DNA of 63,729 nucleotides, filler included, from Octopus bimaculoides (taxonomy: Eukaryota), in the NCBI RefSeq assembly GCF_001194135.2. It is 6 parts of 6 records of this genome, joined end to end, with 100 filler letters (N's around TTAATTAATTAA, not from the genome) between each part and the next. Parts side by side here need not be neighbours in the genome. Positions count along the whole stretch, not along the records: positions 42,952 to 62,412 come from NC_068986.1; positions 62,513 to 63,729 come from NW_026372744.1; 4 more parts are not named here. The stretch is one strand, 5' to 3'. The notes under the pieces were generated by a model. The model saw only the letters and a list, made by a program, of their open reading frames with translations. It was not told the DNA's origin and did no database searches. Both the position numbers and the translations under genes were made by a program. Shown piece after piece: positions 51,440 to 63,729 of the stretch (position 1 is the first letter of the stretch; the number at the start of each line of letters is the position of its first letter).

Positions 51440-51598
51440 CTGTCTCTCTCTTTCTGTCTGTCTCTGTCTGTCTGTCTGTCTGTCAGTCTGTCTGTCTGCC
51501 TGTCTGTTTGTCTGTCTCTGTCTGTCTATCTGTCTGTCTCTATCTTCGTACTAATCACTATACCGACCTATATATCTCTTCCACGCTCTCTCTCATCC

Positions 51599-51662
<64 letters not shown>

Positions 51663-51770
51663 CCTACCTACCTACCTACCTACCTGTCTGTCTGTCTGTC
51701 TGCCTGTCTGTCTGTCTGCCTGCCTGCCTGTCTGCCTGCCCGTCTGTCTGTCTGTTTACTGTCTGTAATA
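51440..51770 (+). repeat. Compound (TGTC)n/(TATC)n/(TACC)n microsatellite
   Basis: Direct reading. Confidence 0.95.
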
Positions 51771-52425
51771 ACACTGTCAGTTAAAGAAATATTTTTTGTA
51801 TCACAGACTTCTGTTTGAGATTGTGCTAAGCTTTACCTATAAGTTGCGAATATTTATAGCTTGTTTAGACGGTGTGAGAATTAACTGCATTTTATTTTAT
51901 ACATACGTTCACATAAACGCATGTCTAATAAGAAACCAACCTTTTAAAACTGCGCGCATGATATTCAGCTACCTTGATATTCAGCGTAATAATAATCACA
52001 TCACACCACTTCATTTAGTGAGCGATCTATTCGTGCTAGAGTGAAAGTACGGTTAAATCACTTGGTGATTAATCGCAAGTTTTAAACAAGACTTTAGAAA
52101 ATAACATGCTTGTGCGAAAATCTTTTTCAGTTCTGGAAAAAAAAACCCAAAAGAAACCACTTTACAGACACTTTTCTGATGTTGCAATTGACCTGTGGGA
52201 AGATTTTGTTTGATGTGAATCGTATCTAATGCCATGATTAATACCAGCGTTTCAAATGGAGGACATTCGTCGAGAATATTTCTCTAATCTGGACGATATT
52301 TTATGACAATGGACAATAAGTCGATTGTAGAAGAGTGCAATGTAGTCAGTGAAAATCGCCACTTGATTTTCGTAAAATGATTTCAAAAGAAAAATGGAGA
52401 ATTTAAAGATGAATCGTGTTACAGC

Positions 52426-52590
52426 GTATGTATGTATGTATGTATGTATGTATGTATGTATGTATGTATGTATGTATGTATGCTTGTATGTATGTATGCT
52501 TGTATGTATGTATGTATGTGTGCATATAAGTATGTATGTATGTATGTATGTATGTATGTATGTATGTATGTATGTATGTATGTATGTGTA
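52426..52590 (+). repeat. (TATG)n microsatellite
   Basis: Direct reading. Confidence 0.95.
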
Positions 52591-52607
52591 ATGTGTGTTT
52601 ATGTATT

Positions 52608-52925
52608 GAGTCATCTTCGTAGTCATAAAGCAAGACCGATGATTGACTACCAGGCTGCTGGTGATGATGCTACACACCATACTAATCATGTCTGTCGGGC
52701 ATGTGGAAGGGAGTGTGATTCAGCAGGAGGACTTAAACGACACGCAAAGGTACACGGAGCCCAATTACAACAACAGCCAGCTATTGCCAGTAAAAGTTTT
52801 GGATGCCAACTCTGTGTAAGACATTGTAGATCTTTGGCTGGGCTAAAAAGTCACATTCGATCACAGCACCGTTAAGTTAAGCTTCGTGCAATGGCCATAC
52901 TCGATAACGAGGGGGCAGCCATCAT
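52608..52925 (+). mobile_element. 5'-truncated RTE-type LINE 3' end encoding tandem C2H2 zinc fingers
   Basis: SHLRSH..CRACGRECDSAGGLKRHAKVH..CQLCVRHCRSLAGLKSHIRSQHR* (stop at 52875), then a short UTR ..CGAGGGGGCAGCCATCATG like RTE tails. Confidence 0.7.
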
Positions 52926-53339
52926 GTGAAATGTGTGGTTATGTATATATATGTATATAATATATATATATATAAGCATATGTATATGTGTGTGTATNNN
53001 NNNNNNNNNNNNNNNNNNNNNNNNNNNNNNNNNNNNNNNNNNNNNNNNNNNNNNNNNNNNNNNNNNNNNNNNNNNNNNNNNNNNNNNNNNNNNNNNNNNN
53101 NNNNNNNNNNNNNNNNNNNNNNNNNNNNNNNNNNNNNNNNNNNNNNNNNNATTTCATGTTACTCTGCGATCATTTCCTCATCTGATATGTGAAACATGGT
53201 GCACCTGTACAAGTAATGTTGACTTGTTGGAGGGAGTGAGCTTGTGTGTACACAAACATTTGATCACTATAAACAAATCATCTGCGTGGTTGTTCGGCAA
53301 GAAATTGCCAAACTCTCATACGTCGTCCAACGACGGGAG

Positions 53340-53530
53340 AGTCCGTTGAAACACATAGTACCGGGTTCAGTCCCACTGCGTGGCACCTTGCGCAAGTGCC
53401 TTCTACTATAGCTTCGGGTCGACTAAAGCCTTGTGAGTGGATTTCGTAGACGGAAACTGAAAGAAGCCCGTCGTATATATGTATATATATATATGTATGT
53501 GTGTGGGTTTGTGTGTCTGTGTTTGTCCAA
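53340..53530 (+). mobile_element. SINE family A (5'-truncated)
   Basis: Matches 54470-54660. Confidence 0.9.
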
Positions 53531-54025
53531 TCCATGTAATAATTTATATCAACATCTGACTATAATAATATATGATACTTCTGCTTTGCAGCTTATTACA
53601 CCAGCAGAGCTGCTTGTTTTGTTCATGGTTATTTCAGACATTGATTTGTTACATTAAAATGGCACGCGTTCTATTTACAGCACATCCAACACTGAAGGTA
53701 GCTATATAAAATCATTTAAACTGCTGTTAGTAAAAATCAATGGAAAATTTTTCGACGCATCGATTAATAATATATTTGATAAGTATGTAAAAGCATGTTG
53801 TTTACATATGTTCTACAGCACGAATGTATTGCTTACACGCGCACACACACACACGTACACACACACACGCACACACACACACGTACACACACACAGGTAC
53901 ACACACACACGTACACACACACACACACACAATATTTACTGCTTAATGCTATTGTAATTACTGATAAGTGTAGCTTCCTTTCGAATTCGGGTGAAGGTGC
54001 ATTCTGCTTATTAAAGGAAAATTAG

Positions 54026-54084
<59 letters not shown>

Positions 54085-54296
54085 ACACACATACTGTCGC
54101 ACGAACATATGCATGTGTGTATGTAATTGATTATGCTGTCACTTCCACAAACACTGACCAATAAAATACGTAGCTTAGACAAATACAAGTCCTAGGGTCA
54201 GTATAGTTGACTAAACTCTTGAACGTAGTACTCAACAACGTCTGCAGCCCAACGTCTAAAACTTGTAATGGAATAAAAATACTTTCACGTCCCACA

Positions 54297-54358
<62 letters not shown>

Positions 54359-54427
54359 CATACACACACGCGAGCTCTCATGCACCATTCTATCATCCTT
54401 CACTAGAGCCTTTTTTTTAAAATTATA

Positions 54428-54592
54428 GGCGCAGGAGTGGCTGTTTGGTAAGTAGCCTGCTTATCAACCACATGGTTCCGGGTTCAGTCCCACTGCGTGG
54501 CAACTTGGGCAAGTGTCTTCTACTATAGCCTCGAGCCGACCAAAGCCTTGTGAGTGGATTTGGTAGACGGAAACTGAAAGAAGCTCGTCGTG

Positions 54593-54641
<49 letters not shown>

Positions 54642-54797
54642 TTGTGTGTCTGTGTTTGTCCCCCAACATCGCTTGACAACCGATGTTGGTGTGTTTACGT
54701 CTCCGTAACTTAGCGGTTCGGCAAAAGAGAGAGAGATAGAATAAGTACTAGGCTTACAAAGAATAAGACCTGAGGTTGATTTGTTCGACTAAAGGCG
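54428..54797 (+). mobile_element. SINE family A, 3'-truncated at a PLE junction
   Basis: Head GGCGCAGGAGTGGCTG..GGTTCAGTCCC; internal (TA)n; ends at CGACTAAAGGCG. Confidence 0.92.
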
Positions 54798-54960
54798 AGA
54801 GGTTCACAATAAAAACGAACTTCATCTGTGTTTCCGATTATCGAATTTATGTTATAGCTTGTTCAGGTTGTGGACAACTATATAGGACAGACAAATATGG
54901 CACTTGGAGAACCGCACTGCATAAGGAACAGATCCGTTTCTCACAGTACAGACAACGTCA
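54792..54960 (+). pseudogene. PLE GIY-YIG fragment (inverted partial copy)
   Basis: GERFTIKTNFICVSDYRIYVIACSGCG/YIGQT/TALHKEQIRF. Confidence 0.85.
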
Positions 54961-55242
54961 TGATTAGCGAATCATGACATTTAAATCATTGTAATTTCGT
55001 ATTTTCTTAAGAAGATGTTAGTCCATGTCGTGTATGGGAATTTGTGAATGAATCAACAAGTAGGAAAATCTAAGGGGAGGTAATTAATTGGTGGTTGTTA
55101 TTATTCGGGACAGGGGAGGTAATTGCTCATTTTTTGGGGAGGGGATAAATATATATACAATAACTCAAAACCTAAAGTATTGAAATGATACAGTGATGGG
55201 TATGTGAATATGAATTAAAATATATGCTGAGACCAAAGTTGG

Positions 55243-55580
55243 TTATGCGTTCATATTTAGGCGTCTTGTGTATTTTTCGATAAATAAATTTTCTGCATTC
55301 AAACGTTCTTGTACAGAAATTGTTTCTTTACACTGGCAGATACGGAAACTGTGAAGTTTGGTTGGATATTACCTGCACATCTACCTATGTGTTCACTCAA
55401 ATGAATCTCTCTGTACCGTGGGAAACGAATCTGTTCCTTATGCAGTGCAGTTCTCCGTCTAAGTGCCATACTTGTCTGTCCCATATAGTTATGCCCACAA
55501 CCTGAACAAGTTATAACATAAATTAGATAATCGGAAACACAAGTGAAGTTGGTTTTAATTGTGAACCTCTCTCCTTGTTT
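55243..55580 (-). pseudogene. PLE GIY-YIG endonuclease C-terminus
   Basis: QGERFTIKTNFTCVSDYLIYVITCSGCGHNYMGQTSMALRRRTALHKEQIRF..HLSEHI, frameshift, ETISVQERLNAENLFIEKYTRRLNMNA*. Confidence 0.9.
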
Positions 55581-56835
55581 GAATATATACATATATGAAA
55601 ATGCTTGAAACAAAAATGAAGGAGACCAGCAATGCAAACAAATCTCTTTATGAACTAGATATCATTTCAAAACGCATATTTCGACACTAGTATCCTGATT
55701 AGACATTGAGATTCTATGTACATCGTTAGCGGAGAAATTGCTGTTATTTCCAACTTTCGAACATCTGCAAGTGACAAGGCCAAGGAAGCTCGATGGCTGT
55801 TGATTTATCTCTCGTTATCAATATAAACAATAGTGCTTATATGCGTCACCGTTCCATATGAGAGGTTCTCTCATAATAACTGTCACAATATTCTGTGTCC
55901 TAACGCAACAGCCACTCTTAAGTGGGGATAAATATATTTTTATTTCACAAATTTCATGTTTTAGTAAAGTGTCTCAATTTTTGCCCATAGATAGCTCCTT
56001 TGACACAGAATTTTTGAATCTATAAAACAGTAGAATTATTTCACAAAAGTGTTTTTAAAATGATTCTACGGCGTTTTACAGATTCGAGGTATTCTCCTTC
56101 AAAGGGGCTGTCTATGAATTAGCAGTGTTTTTATTAAGACATTAAATCTGTGAAATGATATCAACATATACATACATACATACATACATACATACACAAG
56201 CATCTGCTGTGAATTTACCTTTTTGTTGAGGAGATCTATTAAGAGCTGAACGAGTATGAGGTTGTTACCTGTTTGATAACAAAAATTTGATTTTTTTCTG
56301 CTGAACATAAAAATTCTGTTATTTTAGAATTGTGTTTTAATTTCTTGAAATTATCATCTTTTATGTTTGAAGATCACTAACAACTACCATTAATTGCTTC
56401 TGTTTTTCTTCTCTTTAAGAGGCAAATTTCAGTTTATTGAAACTTTTTCGTGCTCGTCTTTCAATATATAATCACTTACTATAAATAAATGTGTGTGTGT
56501 GTATGTGTGTGTATAAGTGTGTGTGTGTATATGTAATATACGAGATGAACATGGACTTGAACGCCTTTGATCACAAGTCTGCTGAATAAAGATTAATAGT
56601 GGACAAAACAGCAAGAGCTGAGGGTCGATAACAATCTTGTATCGTGTTGATTGTTGTTACTTTATTCGAGTATTAGGTGGTGGCATATTGTGTTTGGTCT
56701 CTGGACAACACTGAATAACATATTGAACATAATACTGAATATAGGTTTCAACGAGCTAATTCACATGACCTATTGATGAATACACTCTGAAAAACCCAAA
56801 CGCATGCTCACACTTTTTCTCCACACTCCTCTCTC

Positions 56836-57222
56836 ATATATAATTCATTGTTGTTGTTGGCACTCCGTCGCTTACGACGTCGAGGGTTCCAGTTGATCCG
56901 ATCAACGGAACAGCCTGCTCGTGAAATTAACGTGCAAGTGGCTGAGCACTCCACAGTCACGTGTACCCTTAACGTAGTTCTTGGGGACATTCAACATGAT
57001 ACAGTGTGACAAGGCTGGCCCTTTGAATTACAGGCACAACAGAAACAAGAAGTAAGAGTGAGAGAAAGTTGTGGTGAAAGAGTACAGCAGGGTTCGCCAC
57101 CATCCCCTGCCGGAGCCTCGTGGAGCTTTAGGTGTTTCCGCTCAATAAACACTCACAACGCCCGTTCTGGGAATCGAAACCGCGATCCTATGACCGCGAG
57201 TCTGCTGCCCTAACCACTGGGC
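56836..57222 (-). mobile_element. SINE family C, second copy
   Basis: Highly similar to 46481-46863 along its length. Confidence 0.92.
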
Positions 57223-58421
57223 TAATTCATATATAAGGTATAATTCCATCATTCGGATATATTTTTGTAACTACATTTAAACTCTCCAAGTAGAAAGGAA
57301 GAATACAAAAAAACATTTTGACTTAGCCAGACCATACAGGCTAGTAATTAATTCTAATGTCCTTCTGTTGAAATGAATTTTCAGTAAATTTCTATATCTT
57401 TGTGCAGCTGAGGATTGCTCTGCANNNNNNNNNNNNNNNNNNNNNNNNNNNNNNNNNNNNNNNNNNNNNNNNNNNNNNNNNNNNNNNNNNNNNNNNNNNN
57501 NNNNNNNNNNNNNNNNNNNNNNNNNNNNNNNNNNNNNNNNNNNNNNNNNNNNNNNNNNNNNNNNNNNNNNNNNNNNNNNNNNNNNNNNNNNNNNNNNNNN
57601 NNNNNNNNNNNNNNNNNNNNNNNNNNNNNNNNNNNNNNNNNNNNNNNNNNNNNNNNNNNNNNNNNNNNNNNNNNNNNNNNNNNNNNNNNNNNNNNNNNNN
57701 NNNNNNNNNNNNNNNNNNNNNNNNNNNNNNNNNNNNNNNNNNNNNNNNNNNNNNNNNNNNNNNNNNNNNNNNNNNNNNNNNNNNNNNNNNNNNNNNNNNN
57801 NNNNNNNNNNNNNNNNNNNNNNNNNNNNNNNNNNNNNNNNNNNNNNNNNNNNNNNNNNNNNNNNNNNNNNNNNNNNNNNNNNNNNNNNNNNNNNNNNNNN
57901 NNNNNNNNNNNNNNNNNNNNNNNNNNNNNNNNNNNNNNNNNNNNNNNNNNNNNNNNNNNNNNNNNNNNNNNNNNNNNNNNNNNNNNNNNNNNNNNNNNNN
58001 NNNNNNNNNNNNNNNTATATATATATATATATCAGCAAAAGATGTGCACAAGGGCCAAAACTTTTAAGCTGGTCCTTCCTAATAAAAAGTATCCCCGTAT
58101 GTTATATCCCCCTCTGAATTAAAGAGAAACTCCTTTGTCACTCCGTCAATCGAAAGTAAACTAAAACAGTCATTGGTCTGTTAAAAGCTTGTATCCAATG
58201 ACGTCATTGTTGACAAAATGTGATTAAGAGGTAAATAAAATGCTTATGGAGTCATTGATCTGATGTATTTTATTCAGATTGATTTCAGATATTCAGGAGA
58301 AAAGTACAAATATTTTCTCTATTTTAAAAATTAGGTCGCCTGCTATTTCATAGTCAATATGTCCATATTAACACTTTGACATTCCTTTCGTACATATAAA
58401 TACTAATACTTCAGTATTCCT

Positions 58422-58826
58422 TTTTTACTCTTTTACTCTTTTACTTGTTTCAGTTATTTGTCTGCGGCCATGCTGGAGCACCGCCTTTAGTCGAGCAAAT
58501 CGACTCCAGGACTTATTCTTTGTAAGCCTAGTACTTATTCTATCGGTCTGTTTTGCTGGACCGCTAAGTTACGGGGACGTAAACACACCAGCATCGGTTG
58601 TCAAGCGGTGTTGGTGGGACAAACACAGATACACACAGACACACTCTTATATATACATATATACGACGATCTTCTTTCAGTTTCCGACTACCAAATCCAC
58701 TCACACGGCTTTGGTCAGCCCGAGGATATAGTAGAAGACACTTGCCCAAAGTGCTACGCAGTGGGACTGAACCTGTAACCATGTGGTTGGTAAGCAAGCT
58801 ACTTACCACACAGCCACTCCTGCGCC
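58422..58826 (-). mobile_element. Full-length SINE family A with (AAAAGAGT)n tail
   Basis: Complete head-to-tail match to the other family A copies. Confidence 0.92.
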
Positions 58827-58829
58827 TTT

Positions 58830-59075
58830 TGTGCGTAACATACCTTTTGTATATATAAATACTTTTGCATTCACTTTGTAAGTATTATTGCTTTAGCATT
58901 CCTGTTGTACGTTTATATACCTTAGCATTCCCTTTGTATATATTAACACTTTAGCGTTCTTATACTGTAGCATTCGCTTTCTATATATCAATAAAATAAT
59001 TTTGTACGTATCGATACTTTAACATTCCCTTCGTACATAATACTGTTTTAGCATTCCATTTGTACACATTAATAC
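58830..59075 (+). repeat. Degenerate minisatellite of about 30 bp (ATACTTTAGCATTCCCTTTGTACATATT-like)
   Basis: Recurrent (TA)GCATTC(C) motifs; similar units at 58368-58420 on the other side of the SINE. Confidence 0.65.
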
Positions 59076-59644
59076 GTATGCATTCAATTGTTTGTTTCGC
59101 ACTTGATGTCTCTAGTATTATAAATAGCGGCCAAATATCGTTTAAATCACATCCGCTCCTTAAAAAAAAAAACGAAGCAAAACAAGAGCCTATATACAAA
59201 ATGACCGGATTGTCGCTCCTCCTCCTCCTCCTCCTAGAATTCTATTCTGTCTCAGTTGCAAAGGACCGAACTAAATGGCGTACATTGATTGTAAATTTTC
59301 ATTATCTAAAGTTTCCAAGTTCAAATCTCATCGAAGTTACTTTTGGCTCTCTTCATTTCAAACTTGATGAAACACATACTAAACGTAGCGAAATCGATTG
59401 AATCGAAATCGTGTATTACGATATCATCTAATCGATAACATAAGTCTGAGTGATATATGACAGTTTGAATACAACAAATAGCGGCGGATTGATTGAAGAA
59501 ACCAAATATATTGCTACAAAATGTCTAAAACTGATTCTTCTCTCTTTAAGATAAAAATCAGGATATAGAATAGTCGACGCTATCAACAATCAGCTTTGTG
59601 ATAGAATAAATAACTCTCTATTATTCCATACAAAAGTCGGTGAG

Positions 59645-59880
59645 GTGGCAGAATCGTTTGTACATCAAATAAAATCCTTAGTAGCATCATTTCTTCCGGG
59701 TCTTTACATTCTGCATTCAAATCTCGTCGAGGTCGACTTTACTTTTCATTCCTTGGGACTTAGTAAAGTAAAGTACCAGTCAATTAATGGTGTCGATGTA
59801 ATCAATCTTTCCCCTACTCTTCCGAGTGAATGTCTTATGAGTCTTAGGGCTCAAGGAAAAATATTATATTCCTACCAAGT
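59645..59880 (+). mobile_element. SINE family B (diverged)
   Basis: GGTGGCAGAATCG..TTCAAAT..GAGGTCGACTTTACTTTTCAT. Confidence 0.75.
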
Positions 59881-60666
59881 AAAATGGAGCTTCAAACAAT
59901 CTTCTGTGAGTCGAGAATGCAGCTTGATTTCAAACCCTTAGTTGGAGAATCTTCATTTTATTTGTGTTATTCATATTCTCGGGAATGTTCTCATATCTTA
60001 TTTAATTTCCCCACAACATAGGTTTTTTTTTCAATCAGTTACAAACACAAAATAGCCACCATTGAAACCATTTTACAAATTTCCCGAAGCACTCTTACGA
60101 TACAATCGTAAGAACTCTGTCTCTCCCATTCGATCCTGACAGTAAAAAGAAACAAAATCATTGTAGCCATGCTAAAATGACTGCCGTATTAAAGGAGGAA
60201 AAGAAAAGAAAATGGCGCTTGCCCTTAACATCATGAGAGCATTCAAGAGAATGGGCATACCCGATTGGCTAAAATTACAATAAATTTCAACCCCTTAAAG
60301 ATCATAAGTATTTCATTATTAATTTCATTCAAAATATGATTGTTAATTTTGTTATCGGCATGTAAAACTGCATCTGTGTAGACATTCACAACAAAATTGA
60401 GCTGCGTGCGTCAAACAGAAAGGATACGCAATGAAAGCAAATTTGTATCTTTTTGCATTATATTTATTGAAATATTTGTTTTCTTTCTTTTTGCTTTTGA
60501 GGAGGAGACATGTTCCTTAGTTCGCTTGGCACCATTTTGAATCAGGTCAAATTCCACAAAAAAAAAAAAAAAAAGAATCGTGCTAAACTGGTCAAATAAA
60601 TTCAATTATAAAGTTTTTTGTGAAAAATTATTTCATAAAATTTACTTGTAAAGCGCATGTGCGAGT

Positions 60667-61395
60667 ACATAATCTCTTATCCGCTCGATATTCCAAAACC
60701 CGGAAACCTCCGAAGATCAAAAGTTTTTCACGGAAGTCGCCTGCTCACCAAATCTGCTGCATACCTTGATAACGATGACGTTGATGTACCCGTCCTCACT
60801 ATCTAGAATATCCATGCAAGTGTAGTTTGCCTTTACTACAAGTTTATATAAATGTGTTTAGTATAATTTGAACCTGTTTATGTTTGAAGTTTTTTCATTG
60901 AAATAAAAGTACGTTGGAAATTTTATGACTAACCTTTGTCTCAATTTATTCATGAGTTTATTATAATATAAATAAATTATATTATTTGAAGATTTTGTTT
61001 ATCTCTTTCAGTATGAATATTCAGAACGCAAATGAACAATATTGTGCAATACATTTATTCAGTTGTGTTTCTCGACCTTAGCTAGGTGTTTAGTATATAA
61101 ATGTTTTGCTTGTATGAATTTTTAGGCTACGCCTATAATTACACTGTAACACTACTTCAGCGGACTCAAAAACTTAAGTACAATCCACGGCTAAGACATA
61201 CAAATCCTAATTTTGCTTTCAATGTTCGGGCAAGAATTTTGTGCAAACCTAGGTTAGTGTTAGGAGCCACGATATATAATCGAGGATATACCTAATGAAT
61301 ATACTGTACTGTCATTCTTAAACACACAAAATTCCAAATTCGGGAACATGCCCGGTCTTGAGGGTTTTGGACATAGTATAGATTTATACCTATAT
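60667..61395. mobile_element. pogo/Tigger-like non-autonomous element (decayed)
   Basis: Ends CATAATCTCTTATCCG..CCAAAACCCGGAAACCTCCGAAGATCAAAAGTTTTT and AAAATTCCAAATTCGGGAACA..GGTCTTGAGGGTTTTGGA..TACCTATA resemble Tigger4-type termini. Confidence 0.45.
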
Positions 61396-61549
61396 TACTC
61401 TTTACTCTCTCTTTACTCTTTTACTTGTTTCAGTCATTTAACTGCGGCCATGCTGGAGCACCGCCTTTAGTCGAGCAAATCACCCCCCGGGACTTATTCT
61501 TTGTAAGCCCAGTATTAGGCTTACAAAGAATAAGTCCTGAGAGTAAATA

Positions 61550-61778
61550 AAAATGATAAATAGTTTCAAATTTTGGTACAAAGCCAGCAATTTCGGGGTG
61601 AGGAGAAAAGTCGGTTATATCGACAACAATATTCAACTGGTACTTATTTTATCGACCTCGAAAGGATGGCAAGCATAGTCGACTTCAGCGGAATTTGAAC
61701 TCAGAAACGTAGAGACGGACGAACTACTGCTAAGCATTTTTGTTCGGTGTGCTAACGATTCTGCTAGTCCATCGCCTC

Positions 61779-61822
<44 letters not shown>

Positions 61823-62215
61823 ACCCAATAACAATACTAATAATGGCATAAGGTCAGCAATTTTAGGAGAACGGTTAAGCGATTAAATCGATCCCAGTAC
61901 TTGACTATTTATTTATTTTATCGACCCCGAAGGGATGAAAGCAAGGTTGTCTTTGGAGGGATTTGAACTCAAATCATAGAGAACCGGAATAAATACCACA
62001 AGAACAATAATAATAATAATAATAATGGTTTCAAATATTGCCACAAGGGCAGCAATTTTGGAGGCAGGAGCTAGGTCGATTGCATCGACCCCAGTGCGTA
62101 TCTGGTACTTATTTTATCGACCCTGAAAGGATGAAAAGCAAAGTCGACCTCGGCGGAATTTGAACTCAGAATGTAGTGACGTCCAGCGTGCAAACGATTC
62201 AGTCAGTTTGCCGCC

Positions 62216-62220
<5 letters not shown>
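61550..62220 (-). mobile_element. Three co-oriented SINE family B copies separated by (CAA)n/(TAA)n
   Basis: Copies at about 61555-61780, 61845-62000 and 62025-62220. Confidence 0.85.
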
Positions 62221-62281
<61 letters not shown>

Positions 62282-62285
62282 ATAC

Positions 62286-62412
62286 TGCAAGGGCTCATAC
62301 GGCTGTAAAGATCAATTATTGATCAATAAAGCCATAACTGAAGACAGCCGCAGAAAGAAGAAAGGCCTCAGTATGGCCTGGGTGGACTACCAAAAGGCTT
62401 TCGACAGTGTTC
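62286..62412 (+). mobile_element. R4/Dong-clade LINE reverse transcriptase fragment (uninterrupted, cut by the scaffold end)
   Basis: CKGSYGCKDQLLINKAITEDSRRKKKGLSMAWVDYQKAFDSV. Confidence 0.9.
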
Positions 62413-62512
62413 NNNNNNNNNNNNNNNNNNNNNNNNNNNNNNNNNNNNNNNNNNNNTTAATTAATTAANNNNNNNNNNNNNNNNNNNNNNNNNNNNNNNN
62501 NNNNNNNNNNNN
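62413..62512. other. Artificial scaffold-joining spacer
   Basis: 44 N + TTAATTAATTAA + 44 N. Confidence 0.95.
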
Positions 62513-62730
62513 ATATATAATCCCCGCCCGGATGGGACCTTAGTCCTTCACAGGATTAAGTGTTTTTGCAAAATGAATGCACTGGAGCAAAGTGAAATGA
62601 AGAATTTTGCTCAAAACACAACGCATTACCTTGTCCGGAAATCGAAACTACAATCTCAGGATAATGAGTACAACACTAAGCAATGCGGCTGCACATATGC
62701 ATATATACATACATGTAAATATGTATAGAA

Positions 62731-62885
62731 GGTGCAGGCGCGGCTGTGTGGTAAGAAACTTGCTTCCCAACCACATCGTTCCTGGTTCAGTACCACTGCG
62801 TGGTACCTTCTGCAAGGGTCTTCTACTAGAACCTTGGGCCAACCAAAATCTTGTGAGCGGATTTGGTAGAAGAATCTTTTTGGAC
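62731..62885 (+). mobile_element. SINE family A, 5' half
   Basis: GGTGCAGGCGCGGCTGTGTGGTAAG..GGTTCAGTACCACTGCG. Confidence 0.88.
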
Positions 62886-62927
62886 GGATGAATCAACCAC
62901 AGGACTGATATTTTCGTTTCATATCAA

Positions 62928-62959
<32 letters not shown>

Positions 62960-63372
62960 ACATCACAGTATCCCCCCCACACCCAAACACACCCACGCAC
63001 CCACCCACCCGTGCCGCATCCCCAGACAAAGGTTGTCAAAGTTGGCAGATGTCATGTGATTGTGAGCTGAGATGAATAACTTGATTGACACCCACACACA
63101 CACGCACACACAGGTGCGCTAACACAGACACTCATACACGTACAGAAGTATTACACACATACACACATATACATACATGCATATATACATATATATATAT
63201 ATACACACACGGAAAAACATGCGTATATGCACCCACATAGATATATATACAGCCACATACACATATATGTATAGGGACACAAACATATAGATACAAGCAC
63301 GCACACGCAAACTGACTGACACACACACACACATATATAAATACACGCACATGTATATATATATATATATGC

Positions 63373-63425
<53 letters not shown>

Positions 63426-63729
63426 TATATATATACATATGCATATATGGGTACAGGACGTCACCAACAGTAAACAGCATGAAATACGAAGACAAATAAG
63501 TTCAATACGCAAACAACGAGAGAAACAAATGGAAGACATGACAAGTAACATAAAGAATGACCCTTCATCAGTTGTCGTCTGTCTGTCTACTCCCTTATAA
63601 AAACAGGACAGTGGAGACATACAAGGAAACCGAACGAAGACAAACATGGAGGGTCGTTAGATCAGAACGAGGTTAAAAAAGCGAACGCTGGAGAAATATT
63701 TTCTTTGACAAGAGAAAAGATAGAAGAGA

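Noticed and set aside
58196-58209. 14-bp palindrome CAATGACGTCATTG containing a CRE site
   Set aside because: A single short motif with no linked gene; cannot be distinguished from chance.
63560-63585. Minus-strand CUGAUGA in a PLE-like repeat
   Set aside because: No downstream GAAA or stem III.

Overview
AT-rich, repeat-dense animal DNA. The SINE families and the (TAA)n/(TATC)n/(TATG)n microsatellite load look like an octopus (coleoid cephalopod) draft assembly; this assignment is an inference from recognised repeat consensuses. The window is not one locus. Five artificial 100-bp spacers (44 N + TTAATTAATTAA + 44 N) join six unrelated scaffolds: 1-23336, 23437-32437, 32538-34632, 34733-42851, 42952-62412 and 62513-63729. 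No complete host gene can be supported, and nearly all listed ORFs are microsatellite or N-run artefacts. Supported content: many tRNA-derived SINEs; relics of L1/Tx1, RTE and R4/Dong LINEs; three mariner relics; Merlin-like, piggyBac-like, pogo-like and Helentron-like non-autonomous elements; and four Penelope-like (PLE) loci. The most interesting signal is RNA-level. There is an intact minimal type I hammerhead ribozyme motif (28418-28465, minus strand) and two unrelated long inverted repeats (27924-28360 and 34092-34555) whose arms each carry a decayed hammerhead with a palindromic stem III. There is also a convergent pair of GIY-YIG fragments (54792-55580). This matches the known PLE inverted pseudo-LTR and dimeric hammerhead architecture.
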